DNA of 62,640 nucleotides, counting the filler, from Basidiobolus ranarum (lineage: Eukaryota): assembly GCA_040143965.1 (NCBI GenBank). It is 11 parts of 11 records of this genome, joined end to end, with 100 filler letters (N's around TTAATTAATTAA, not from the genome) between each part and the next. Parts side by side here need not be neighbours in the genome. Positions count along the whole stretch, not along the records: positions 1 to 5,624 come from JASJQH010001537.1; positions 5,725 to 11,345 come from JASJQH010001538.1; positions 11,446 to 17,061 come from JASJQH010001539.1; 8 more parts are not named here. One strand, written 5' to 3'. The position numbers and the translations under genes were made by a program. Under the pieces are notes generated by a model. It worked only from the letters and a program-made list of their open reading frames with translations. It was not told the origin of the DNA and made no database searches. This document shows positions 1-12,194 of the stretch, piece after piece. How positions within the stretch are numbered: the stretch's first letter is position 1; every line of letters begins with the position of its first letter.

Positions 1-26
1 CTCCTGATTGTAACATCATGGATTAG

Positions 27-820
<794 letters not shown>

Positions 821-1636
821 GCAGTATACCACGTATTTACATAGAATTGGCCCACTTTTTCAGCGATTCATTCACCGTCTTCCAGAACATTTATGAGTTC
901 CAATCCTATGCATGTTATTTACTAGTTTCTCTGTCATCTTTTTACCCTCTGACTCTTTCCTTTAACATTAATTTTCTTGTAACATCTATCTTGCTACAAA
1001 TATATCTTTCACTTGTTCAAAATGGAATTCTGCGATGCATCTTAATATTGATCATGAATTGATTAGCATGATTTCAATGCTATCTATATATAGAGCGCGT
1101 AACACTCAAGTGGTTTCCACTTGTCTGAAATTCACTTGAATATTTGTTTAGAACGTGTATTCAGATAATGTCCTATGATGGAAGAAGACATGGATTTTTA
1201 ACCGATATCTCCTTATCGGGGACGTTTCTGCCTTCGTGTCTGGTAGAAGAGTGGTAAGTACTTGATTGCCTCTCAAGCTCTTTATATCTGCGTAGAAGTA
1301 AATAAGAGACTTTTGTTTTCGTGATCCAAACAAAGAGTATACCATTGAAGGTGTTGGGTACCTCACCAGGTGAGCTTTCTAGTAACAATCACAATGATCT
1401 TCATCTTCGACTTAATACGGATTCTGTCTTACACACAATTAAGTAGCCAAGTTGAGAATATCTCTTGAATGTTCAGCTGGATACTTTTACAAATAGGCCA
1501 ATTTGAAGATGAATATATAACCTGTTTATCTTGACGTTATTGTCTATAAATATATAATCTTCGAACAAATTGAAGAACAATGAATAGTATCATGACCAAA
1601 TGGTGAATGTTTATTTTGGATCTAATACATGGTAAA

Positions 1637-2560
1637 TTAAGCAGAACCAGCTAATTGCTTCTCTCTTCTGCGGTCACGCTCTTCAGTAATGGTAAGCTTG
1701 ACACCCTTGTTCTTGGGGAGACTGACCCAAGGCTTGTTACCTTCACCGATGACGAAAACGTTGGACATACGGGTGGCGAATTGACGATCCAAGACATCCT
1801 TAACGTGAACGATATCAAAACCACCATGATGCTTTTCACGGTGAGTAATAATACCGACACGACCCATGTTACGTCCACCGGTGATCATAGCGACGTTACC
1901 AACATCAAATTTGATGAATTCAGTCATCTTACCGGTCTCAAGATCGAGCTTGACAGTGTCATTGGCCTTGACAAGAGGATCGGGATAACGAAGGGTACGA
2001 CCATCATGGGTAATGACGAAAGGAATACCCTTGGCACCAATTTGAACCTTCTTGACTTTGCATAACTTGTAGTTAGCCTCTTCAGCAGAGATTCTGTGAA
2101 CAGTGAAACGACCCTTGGTATCATAAACAAGACGGAAGTGTTCACCAGTTTGCTCAATGCTGATTACGTCCATGAATCCGGAAGGATAGGTAGTATCAGT
2201 TCTGACTTTACCATCAACCTTGACGAGACGTTGCATAAGAATGCTCTGAACTTCCTTCTTGGTAAGAGCGTACTTGAGTCTGTTTCTCAAGAAGATAACC
2301 AAAGGTAAACATTCACGGAGCTTGTGGGGACCACTGGAGGGTCTGGGAGCATAGGTACCGGTAAGTTTGTCCAACATCCAATGCTTGGGAGCATTGAGAC
2401 GTTTCAAGTGCTTCTTTGGTCCGCGAGCCTAAACAAATCATGTAAACAGTTAATTACAATTCCAACTAAAATTAATTATGTATCCGAAATCTACAGATAT
2501 CCATCCATTCACACTAACTGACTAATTTTTCTTTCAAAATATATGAGGTATACATACCAT
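1637..2560 (-). CDS. RPS4: 40S ribosomal protein S4 (eS4); exon 1 is the ATG alone (2560-2558), intron 2557-2429, exon 2 2428-1637
   Basis: [44 protein letters not shown] is canonical eS4; GTATG donor directly after ATG, TTTAG acceptor. Confidence 0.97.
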
Positions 2561-3155
2561 GGTGGACAAATCAAAAATAGAACCAAGGGAAAAGGAAGGT
2601 TAGTTCTCATGATGAGAAGACTTTTAAGCTTCATCGAAGATACAATTGAGATCTACTACCTCATCTGTCATTTCATTGGCTCACACTTCAATTTCTGCTT
2701 TTTTTATGATTGTACTGGTGATCGAATTTTTTCATTATCCCAACTTGATCAGTGATCATATTCAGTATTCACGTTCATGTATGTAGATAAACATAATATA
2801 GTATTTAGCTACTAATTAGCTAGGATTATAATGAATATATAGGTAACTAAGGAGATGGTGTAAATTGAGTCAAAATACAGGACCTTTCGTGATTAGAACG
2901 ATCGTCAATACAGTTGGTAGTAAATGATTTTGCCTAGGTAATATTATCGTATTTCATTCAAAATATTATAGGAAATTGTAGTCAGTTGGAATCGATTTTT
3001 TATTGCTATTGGCTAACTTTAATACTGAATGAATGCGGTGTGAACAAAATTAAATAAAAGCATATGTAAGAGGAGAGGAGCGTAGTGCAATGTCCATATG
3101 AGTCGAGTTATAAATGCTCATTGAATAGTCTTTTTATACTATGATTTGGAAGTAT

Positions 3156-5624
3156 TTACAAATCGTGGAAGTCACCTCCTTGAATAGTAGCTTTAATGTA
3201 CTTCTTGCGAATGACAAAGTCTCCGAACTTTTCACCATCTTCACGTTCAAGGGCATAGTGTTTGATAAGAGGGGTTAATTCTTGGATGATTTCTTCTTCC
3301 TGAATGGATTCCTTGTAGAGTTTGTTAAGGCGTTGTCCTGCGTGACCACCACCAAGATATAAATTATATGTTCCAGGTGCTTTACCTACAAAAGCGATTT
3401 CAGCGACGTATGGGCGGGCACAACCATTTGGACATCCAGTCATACGGATTGTGATCGCATCATCGCGAAGGCCAGCTTCTTCAATAACCTGGTCAATCTT
3501 TGTAATCAATGAAGGTAGATAGCGCTCACTCTCCGCCATAGCTAAACCGCAAGTGGGTAAAGCAACACATGCCATGGAGCTGAGACGCAACCCACTATGA
3601 TCGACATTATCCAGTTTGTATTGACGAAGAAGTTCTTTCATCTTTGGAAGGTCCTCATCAGTAACACCAGCAAGAGTTAAATTCTGATTAGGGGTAATAA
3701 GGAATGATCCCTTGTGCACCTTGGCAATTTCTCTCAAACCAGTTTTCCACATAAAATCCGGAGTATCCTTGATTCTACCATTCTCAAGATACATGCCAAA
3801 TTGCCATGTACCATTATCATCTTTTCTCCATCCATAACGGTCACCGTTGTGAGCAAATTCATAAGCGCGAGCGGGCTCAAGTTTGTAGCCAAGACGTTCT
3901 TCAACTTCACCACGGAACCAGTCGAGACCACGATCATCAATAGTATACTTAAGACGAGCATGCTTACGGTTTGTACGAACTCCATAATCTCTTTGTACAA
4001 GCATAACCTTCTCACCAACCTCTATAGCCTGTTCAGGAGTACAGAAGCCCATTACTTCGGCAATACGCGGGAATGTCTTCTTGTTATTATGGGTCATGCC
4101 CATACCGCCACCCACGGTAACATTGTATCCAACAAGTTTATCATTTTCAACAATAGCGATGTAACCAAGGCAGTGAGCAAACACATCAACATCATTGCTT
4201 GGTGGAACAGCGACAGCAACCTTGAACTTACGTGGAAGATAGGTTGAACCATAGAGTGGTTCATAATCTTGCATGGCATTACCACCAACAACATTATCGG
4301 AAAGCCAAATTTCATGATAAGCTGAGGTTCTAGGAAGTAAGTGTTCGCTAAGATTTTTCGAGAACTCGAAAACTTCACGATGAATGGGAGTAGAGTCAGG
4401 ATTGGGGCAACACATGACATTACGATTAACATCACCGCAGGCGGCGAGAGTATCCATCAGCGCAGTATTGATATCACGAATACTGCTTTTCAAGTTTCGC
4501 TTGAGAACGCCATGTAACTGGAAGGTTTGACGCGTGGTAAGCTTCAATGTACCATTAGCTAGGTTTGTAGCAATATCATCCATGGCCAACCATTGTTCAG
4601 GGGTAGCAATACCACCAGGTAGACGTACTCGAACCATAAAGGAGTACGCTTTTTCGAGTCCTTGCTTATGACGTTCTTCACGTAAATCACGATCGTCTTG
4701 TTGGTAAATACCATGGAATTTGGTCAATTTCGTGTCCGATTCGCACAAAGCGCCTGTAGTGGTGTCAGCAAGACCTTCGGCGATGCTACCACGAAGGAAA
4801 TTACTACCAGTCTTCATTTGATCATCAGTAATAGTAGGCTCTTCAGCAGGACCTGCACCCTCAATGATATCAACACCGAGGGCTTCCCAAAGTTTAGGCT
4901 CCCATTCTTTATAACCAGTTTCAAATCCATCCGCATCTTGGTCGTCGCCGAGCCCGAGTGGAGCGAATCTAACGGCACCTAGTTCAAAAAGTCTATTATT
5001 GACATCCTTCGCCGGTTTATTATAGTAAATGTGATCTTCAGGGCGAGGCCAGTAATGGCTATCACCAAGACCAAATACTGAGAAGTTGGTATCTTTCAAA
5101 GCTAAATCAGTTGAAGAGAGAACCTTCCAGAAATCCCTGCCATTGGTTGGGAATTCACCTTGACCAGCTGTGGAGATTATGAATATAACGTTGGTTTCAA
5201 GGCCAAGATCTTCAGCTGGAAATTCGTCCATACTAAGAATGCGTGAATTCATACCACGGCACTTAGCATTTCTGTCAAGACGTTTGGCTAAAGTAGCAGC
5301 ATTACCACCATCAGAGGCCACCAGAATCAAAAGTGGTGGACCATTCAAACCATTGAGAAGCTTGCTAAAAGCGGACTTAGCTTCTTTAACAAGAGAAGTA
5401 TGGCGTTCACGGATCTCATGTTCAACTGAAGATTCAAGTGATTTCGCCAACTCGGGCTTTGCATTGGCTAGGATATTAAGTTGATTTTCGCGAGACAAAA
5501 ATTTTTGGAGATCAGCTTTGATTTTCTCAGAATCCAGGATGAAGGATTCTAAACCCTTAGCCTCCAAACTGGGATTCCAACGATATAAAGGCCAGTATCC
5601 GGTATCCACTGCCAATTTCGTCTC
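3156..5624 (-). CDS. MET5: Assimilatory sulfite reductase beta (hemoprotein) subunit, 5'-truncated by contig end
   Basis: PFOR-like [10 protein letters not shown], flavodoxin domain ([17 protein letters not shown]), then the siroheme/4Fe-4S region [33 protein letters not shown]. Confidence 0.95.
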   Translation of the reverse strand, partial: ETKLAVDTGYWPLYRWNPSLEAKGLESFILDSEKIKADLQKFLSRENQLNILANAKPELAKSLESSVEHEIRERHTSLVKEAKSAFSKLLNGLNGPPLLILVASDGGNAATLAKRLDRNAKCRGMNSRILSMDEFPAEDLGLETNVIFIISTAGQGEFPTNGRDFWKVLSSTDLALKDTNFSVFGLGDSHYWPRPEDHIYYNKPAKDVNNRLFELGAVRFAPLGLGDDQDADGFETGYKEWEPKLWEALGVDIIEGAGPAEEPTITDDQMKTGSNFLRGSIAEGLADTTTGALCESDTKLTKFHGIYQQDDRDLREERHKQGLEKAYSFMVRVRLPGGIATPEQWLAMDDIATNLANGTLKLTTRQTFQLHGVLKRNLKSSIRDINTALMDTLAACGDVNRNVMCCPNPDSTPIHREVFEFSKNLSEHLLPRTSAYHEIWLSDNVVGGNAMQDYEPLYGSTYLPRKFKVAVAVPPSNDVDVFAHCLGYIAIVENDKLVGYNVTVGGGMGMTHNNKKTFPRIAEVMGFCTPEQAIEVGEKVMLVQRDYGVRTNRKHARLKYTIDDRGLDWFRGEVEERLGYKLEPARAYEFAHNGDRYGWRKDDNGTWQFGMYLENGRIKDTPDFMWKTGLREIAKVHKGSFLITPNQNLTLAGVTDEDLPKMKELLRQYKLDNVDHSGLRLSSMACVALPTCGLAMAESERYLPSLITKIDQVIEEAGLRDDAITIRMTGCPNGCARPYVAEIAFVGKAPGTYNLYLGGGHAGQRLNKLYKESIQEEEIIQELTPLIKHYALEREDGEKFGDFVIRKKYIKATIQGGDFHDL

Positions 5625-5724
5625 NNNNNNNNNNNNNNNNNNNNNNNNNNNNNNNNNNNNNNNNNNNNTTAATTAATTAANNNNNNNNNNNNNNNNNNNN
5701 NNNNNNNNNNNNNNNNNNNNNNNN
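5625..5724. other. Artificial contig spacer
   Basis: N44-TTAATTAATTAA-N44 (stops in all six frames). Confidence 0.98.
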
Positions 5725-6990
5725 ATCAGAATACTCTTGACTTGTGAAACATTTTCAACTCATATATAGCTCATTAGCTAGACTTTTATTCCATCAAGTG
5801 TTTTCAAAACATTTTGGGTGTTTTTGGCTCAGTATCTGCAAAATAGGCGTTGGCGCTGAATCCAAAAGAGGATTGTGAATAGAACTCTGCTTCTACAGGG
5901 ATTATTACCGACTTTGAAAGATATCTATGGGCTATTTCGTAGTAGGCTGTTCGAAGCATCCAAAAAGGTTGGCTTTGGAGCAGCTCATTATCAAGTGACA
6001 CCTTGTGCTATTGAACCGATCCATCTAGCAGTCCTAGAGATCCCTGTCTATTTGGCTTATTGAGAAAGCGGTAGCTCCCTAAAATCAGGTTTGCTCTTTG
6101 CCAGGAGGTGACATTTCAGCAATGAACTCCACGATATCACTTTATTAGGTAACCCCAAGCTCCCTTACATTTAGATGGGGTCTCCATGGACACTTTGATA
6201 GCCGTAGATGTTGCACAATGATACAACAGTCGGAACCCCCAATTCTGGATCAGGCGGATTGTAGAATGAGCAGCCAGTATGGCATTGATATTATTACCAA
6301 CGAGAAGGATGCATCTTCGTTGTATTTCTAGGATTGTTGCCTTGTCCTAGGGCTGGTGAACAATGCCAAGTAAACCGTAGGAGCATCTCGCTAGCATGCG
6401 TGGATCGAGCGATAGTCCAAGTGTTCTGTCATAGCCCTGCCACATGGACAAAGAATGCTGATTCTCCCACATTATATGAGGGTGGTAATGATATTTGTTT
6501 GAAGTGGGAATGTATTCGTGTGGGTTTGAGGAGCTGAGCGTAAAATGAGGTAGTTGATTGCATATTGACGAAATCATAATTTCAAGCAAATTTCCTAGTG
6601 GGCAGAGCTGGATAAGGACAATCGTGTATCACCTGAATCCTATCTATCTTCTTAGATCGATTGGCTACTGCTTCAAATACTCCATCTGTGCATAAAGTAT
6701 GTCGAGTTGTTATTCTTGAAGTTTATTCCAAGTGACTTCTTCCTAATCGGGGTTCCAATCGTCCACCTTGCCCGTTTGATGAAATTGTAGCATGGATGGC
6801 CTGCCATTGGCCAGCAGCCATTATCAAGTAAAATTGGTCCCAGAGTTAACACACGATATTGAAAGCACATGGCTCCCTTACTTTCTAATCCTCAGATGCC
6901 CCATATAAGCGTATCCACATCTCATTCTTCAGAGTCGGATTTCGCTGTTCCTTCATTTTCTCTCTTTTGCATTTCCCTTTCACATCAACT

Positions 6991-7200
6991 ATGGCTCTTA
7001 CACCAAACACTATCTCTCCAGTGGAGCCAGTAAATTCGAACAACCAAGTAGCACTATCCCGATGTAAGAAATTGGTTCGCTTTAGTCGCTTCGAGAAAGT
7101 ATTTCTTACACACTCGGCTGACGAGTATGATCGTCGTTCTATCTTTGCCTCTCAGCATCCAGTCCAACATACTCAGCTATTTCAAACTCCTTGCTACTGA
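6991..7200 (+). CDS. 69-aa microprotein with RVxF-type PP1-docking module
   Basis: ATG follows a pyrimidine-rich leader with a TATA-like CATATAA at ~6902; KKLVRFSRFEKVFLTHSADEYDRRS resembles the spinophilin/neurabin PP1-binding segment. Confidence 0.65.
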   Translation: MALTPNTISPVEPVNSNNQVALSRCKKLVRFSRFEKVFLTHSADEYDRRSIFASQHPVQHTQLFQTPCY

Positions 7201-8149
7201 GGAAGCAATCACCCCTCACCCTCTTGAACTAGTTATAATGATATCTTATTGGCAACATTCCGTTTGATGACTTCCTGGATTCTGTGTATACGACACCCTT
7301 TCGTGGCGAAGTTCATATTAGACCACTTCTCCAGGGAAGGTATTCAGCACAACATGTAAACTACTTACCAACTGACGCCGCATGCGTCCAATGTTGACCT
7401 CCTAATACTACCACTACTTTTGTAAATGTCGAAATATGTAAATAATCCAATAATACATTCAAATCCCACTAATTTACTCTGTTACCTCATTGAAACTAAT
7501 CTTCTAACTCGACATAACGCCCATCTACTGAAACAATAATTGGAATTCATGGACACCCCTGAACTTGCATACTACTGGCTTATTTTCAAATTGAGGCTTT
7601 TACTTGAATAACAATTAAAGATTCATTTAGAATTTGACCTTATTATGCTATCTAGCAAGTGAACTGACTCAATTGTAATTATTACCAAACATCACGCATT
7701 TTATATTGCAGTGGCTGCTATTTGTTACCACTATCAGTGGATTGTGGCAGAAGTGCGATCATTTGTGCAGGAATTCGATTATTGATATTCCAGGAACCGC
7801 ATCATTATTTTGATTTTTGGCCAAGTTGAATTTGGTTGTGTCCTAAAATAAACTGCAAATATGACGAAAATGGCAACATTTAAAAATGAGTATTATCTAT
7901 TGAGATGAGTAAATAGGGCTAATTAAATGAACCTAAAATCTGTTGCCTGATTTGGCCGAGTTAACGCGATATTTGTCAATGGTAAGCAGCTTTCAAATAA
8001 TAATAGAGATACTTGATAGAACGCGTGAGGGGAGAAGCCTGATGAAGTAGGGCCTTGATTGGCTGATTTAGACAAGCTTGCAATTTTCGAAAAAAAAATC
8101 AACACTCCAAGTGTTGAAGTTAGTTAGTGGTGTCGTGACTACACAAATC

Positions 8150-8157
8150 TATAAATA
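8150..8157 (+). promoter_or_regulatory. TATA box of CAF16-like gene
   Basis: TATAAATA ~150 nt upstream of ATG 8303; reverse CCAAT (ATTGG) at ~8058. Confidence 0.5.
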
Positions 8158-8302
8158 TTCGCCCGCTCCCCACCGCCAAAGTTCAATATCTTTGCCATAT
8201 CTCATATTCCCTTGTATATCATATAGACATTTATTCTTATAATCTTATCTCCTGTATCTTTATTTTAAACCTTGATACTACCACGAACACTGCTATTATA
8301 AT

Positions 8303-9343
8303 ATGGAATTAGACTACGTGTCCCCCACACCTTACAACAATAAGCGCCGCTGTTTGCACGATGAATATGTTACCTTGGAGTACCATAGTCAATACTCCTC
8401 GATTCCAAATAGCATTGATGTTTTGCCCATGGAAACGGCTGAAAACACGGGAGTTTGGGTACATAACCTGGCTTTCACATCGATGATGGATCCTTGGAAG
8501 CAGATTCTTAAGAATGTTAACTTCAAATTGGAGAGTGGATCTCGATGTGTATTGTTAGGAGGGAATTCTGAAGAAAAGGATTTATTCCTTCGTATTCTCG
8601 CGGGAAAGCATATGGTGAAGAATGGGTCGGTCAAAGTATTCGGTAAAGATGCATTTAGCACTGGTGGTAATGTAAGTGATTTTGGTTGGATCAAGTGTAT
8701 GTTGATAATGGATCTAAATCATTATTCTTTACAATTCTCAGACTGTGGCATATCTGAATTCCGAATGGCTTTCAAATCCCCTGATTCAGAGAGACCTCCT
8801 TGTTGGCGAGTTGATCCATCACTTGGGTGGGGATCGGTACCCAGATCGTCGAGACTTGTTATTGAATGTACTAAGTGTTAGCCAGAATTGGCACATGCAT
8901 AGAATATCCTCTTCTGAACGTTTACGTGTCCAGATAGTATTACGACTACTACAACCTTGGCATGTACTTCTCATAGAAGAAGAAAGCCTGCCAGTAGAAA
9001 AAGATACCTTGGCTATTCTGCTTAAGGTGCTAAAATGGGAGACTGAGGAAAGAGGGGCAATTGTAATCTATAGTGGCACCCATATTCAAGGTAAATTTCC
9101 GTCAACCTTACCAATAGCTGTACCGGCAACTAACGAGGTCATTTAGATTTAATAAGCTGGAGTACACACTTTGCGTGTTTAGAGGGTGGGCAAATGGTAG
9201 AATTCCATGATCAAGAGTCAGCATTAAATATGCTCAACCGCACAACATCTTGGCAATACAATTCACCATTGGTGAGATTGTTGGAAAATGATGTTTATAG
9301 TCAAACTAAGCTTAACAAATGTAAAAGACGATGCCAAACATAA
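8303..9343 (+). CDS. CAF16-like soluble ABC-fold protein with degenerate ATPase motifs (exons 8303-8671, 8742-9090, 9147-9343)
   Basis: GSRCVLLG...LRILAGKHMV, YL..EW, WHMHRIS..ERLRVQI...LLQPWHVLLIEE, ETEERGA..IY..TH follow the CAF16 layout; two GT..AG introns join the ORFs in frame. Confidence 0.8.
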
Positions 9344-10246
9344 ACATTGAAGCATCGCCGCAGGCACAATGGCCATTTTTTCACATTCTTCCAAAATTTT
9401 CTGTACAAACAATTTGAGGGCCAAATAAATTCTGGAATTATCTAAGATTTGATGGTTTGTTGAAATGTTCCTTTGAAAATTTTTGGGGTCGTGCGTCTCA
9501 GCAGTAGACCGATTCTACTTGATCTATTGGTAGAATGTATCCGATTATATATACTCACTTGTCCCAAGCTCTGGTTAAATTTTTGCGTATTTAGCAATGT
9601 AACTGGTACAAAAGTAATGTTTCAGGCAACAGACTAAGCACCTGACCATTCCTCAATGATTGTTTGAGTATTGCGGTTCAATACATTCCACTTTATATAT
9701 CAGGATAGAAGATTCTAAGTCATAATATGGTTCACACTGCATGCAAAAGTGGACTAATTGGACAGTCCGGCCACAGCCAACTTGTTTTGGATATATACGG
9801 GCTCCAATGTAAGATCTTAGCTACTCTCCGCTAGCTCATTTCAGCACTATACTAAAAACTAAGTAAAACCTGACAGCGCGGTGCTGTGTATACCAATTAG
9901 ATTTCGGACGGAAAAGGAAAAGAATGCGCGAGTGAAAAAATAGAAGTTTCTGTAGATTGACCCATTTCGCCTATGACAACCTGAACACATGATAAATATA
10001 TGACTTTGTAATTGTTGGTTGAATCTTCATGAACCAGTCTCACTCGGGATTGCTTTTTTTCTTTAGTTTGTTTAAAACGGTGGATTTCTTTCCTAAACTC
10101 GGTGCTTTACATTGTTATCCTCGTCATATTTATTACATACATATACTTACTGTGCACTAAAACGTTTGTTATTTTAACCGTCTTGCAACTGTACCTTATC
10201 TCAACTCTTATATTATTGATTTTCTTACATATACAACCTTTATTCT

Positions 10247-11345
10247 ATGAATCCTGAGCAAACTCACAAATCAGCAAACGTACTGCTTAGCCCTGTCCCG
10301 AATGTAAATGGAGCGTTGGATATTCCTGGTTTTGATCAGTCACAGAATTTCACACCTCATGGCACACCGCGAACAGTTCGTCTACCTTCAGCCCCATCGA
10401 TTATGACACATATGGATGTAAACAACCCTAACCCATCTGGACAACTAAATATTCACAATTTTGGTCGTACTGAACGCTTACCGTCCGCACCATCCATTAT
10501 GACGAACGCCTTAGAGGTTCCTGGTGCCGTTGGTTCTCAAAGCTCCACTTCCAAACGGGGAGGAAGCCGAAAGATTAGAGCATATAGCTTTGATGATTCG
10601 ATACGCGAGTTTCGACCAGATAAACTCTATCAAAGCAAAGACAACCGAAAGCGAGAATCATATTTGGTTAATGGGGTGAATATTTTGAATAGGGACGATG
10701 TTGATAGTGAAACCGCAATAAATCGTTTACAAAAGCGTCGACCACAGCACAATCGAGGGGAACGTCGGCGTCGAGATTTAATTAACTCCTCAATTGAGGA
10801 ATTATCGGAAATCGTTCCTTTGGCTCAACTTGAAGGAGTTAAATTCGCTCGAGGCAATGTACTCAGATTAACTATCGATTTTATTAAAGGACTTCAAGAA
10901 GAGATTCAATCGTTGAAGATTGAAAATGAAAATTTGCGCAACTCTTCGTCAACTCAAGTACCACGATTGGATCCTACCAAACGACCACCTACGATTGTGA
11001 TCAATCAACCAGGAATCCTTTCGGTTAGTACTGCATTCCCCTCACCAAGCTCAACTGGATGGGAAAGTCACATCAAAACGCCCATTGATGGGCAAGATTT
11101 TGCTTGTTCTATTGGGCCCAATTACGCCGGCCATTCATCGAGCCCTATATCTTCTCCCTTTCACTCGCCCTTTCACTCACCCATACATCCCAGCAGTCCC
11201 GTTAAAGAAAATTCGATGTCTTTACCGCATCTACCGCTTCCTGAAATAGTGCTCACTACTGCGTCGCCACTACCAACTTCGCCAACCCCAAACTCGCGCT
11301 ATATACAAGCTCCCCCTACATCACCAGGACCATCATCTCCACCAA
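10247..11345 (+). CDS. bHLH-leucine zipper transcription factor (USF/CBF1/MITF-like class), 3'-truncated
   Basis: KRRPQHNRGERRRRDLINSSIEELSEIVP...RGNVLRLTIDFIKGLQEEIQSLKIENENLR; Ser/Pro-rich flanks. Confidence 0.9.
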
Positions 11346-11445
11346 NNNNNNNNNNNNNNNNNNNNNNNNNNNNNNNNNNNNNNNNNNNNTTAATTAATTA
11401 ANNNNNNNNNNNNNNNNNNNNNNNNNNNNNNNNNNNNNNNNNNNN
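11346..11445. other. Artificial contig spacer
   Basis: N44-TTAATTAATTAA-N44. Confidence 0.98.
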
Positions 11446-11835
11446 ATCCTTGATGTGAAGATGTTAAAAGAGCGTTAACTTGAAATAGTAAGAAGTAACC
11501 TACCATAGCACTTTCCACTACAGAAGCAGAGAATTTGGCTGCCTTGGCTACTACACAAGAAGCTATGTGCTTAAGGTGGTTATGGTACATGCAACAATGT
11601 GCTAATATGGTATTTGAAGATAGTCAAAGCTGTATTTCATTGGCTAAAAACCCTTACATTTCATGCTTGACAAAACATTTAGATATTAGGCATCTTTTGT
11701 TAGAGAAGAAACAGAGAATATATAACTGTACTTCTCCTTTACCCCACTGAAGAAGTGATTGCTGACATCTTAACCAAACCTTGAGCATAAGCACAATTTA
11801 AAGTATTATGATTTCAGTTAGGCTAAGGAGAAATA
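11446..11835 (+). mobile_element. Ty1/Copia pol 3' end (RNase H), decayed
   Basis: IALSTTEAE, FEDSQSCISLAKNP, TKHLDIRH, ADILTKP with stops and frameshifts. Confidence 0.9.
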
Positions 11836-11857
11836 AAAACTAATTAGTTCAGTGAGA

Positions 11858-12190
11858 AGGTTGGAATTAGGCAAATAGCAACTCCTTATTTAGTAGTTAG
11901 TTTATTCATATATCATTCATTTTGCAATCAATTATACCACTTAACAATGTTTGTTTATTGATCAAATTGATGAGAACAGCAATTAGATCACTTTTACCAA
12001 CTTTCACTATTTTCTCAAAACTTCTCAAATCAACTCATATTTCCATTCATGCATTACAGGCATGTTTGTTATGATCCAAGCTCATATAATAGTTCTATCT
12101 TGTGGTAAACCTTAAATAGGACATATTGAATATAACAAAATCCAAGTGTCTAATTCACATATCCAAATCTTGACCAAAACACTTCCAAAT
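11858..12190 (+). repeat. Putative Copia LTR (boundaries approximate)
   Basis: Follows a purine tract AGTGAGAAGG after pol; homologous blocks follow the pol ends at ~15460, ~20560 and ~22065. Confidence 0.6.
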
Positions 12191-12194
12191 TCAC

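Noticed and set aside
1148-1400. Short minus-strand ORFs between SRP54 and RPS4
   Set aside because: Non-ATG starts, no recognisable motif.
1651-2308. Antisense and alternate-frame ORFs over RPS4 (likewise over MET5, LAP2, NEW1)
   Set aside because: Codon-bias shadows of highly expressed genes.
5380-5624. PFOR-like and flavodoxin segments fused to sulfite reductase
   Set aside because: Normal architecture of fungal Met5/Sir1.
5725-6900. Cluster of 60-80 aa ORFs on both strands
   Set aside because: No consistent frame or family motif; could be a very old relic but I cannot support that.
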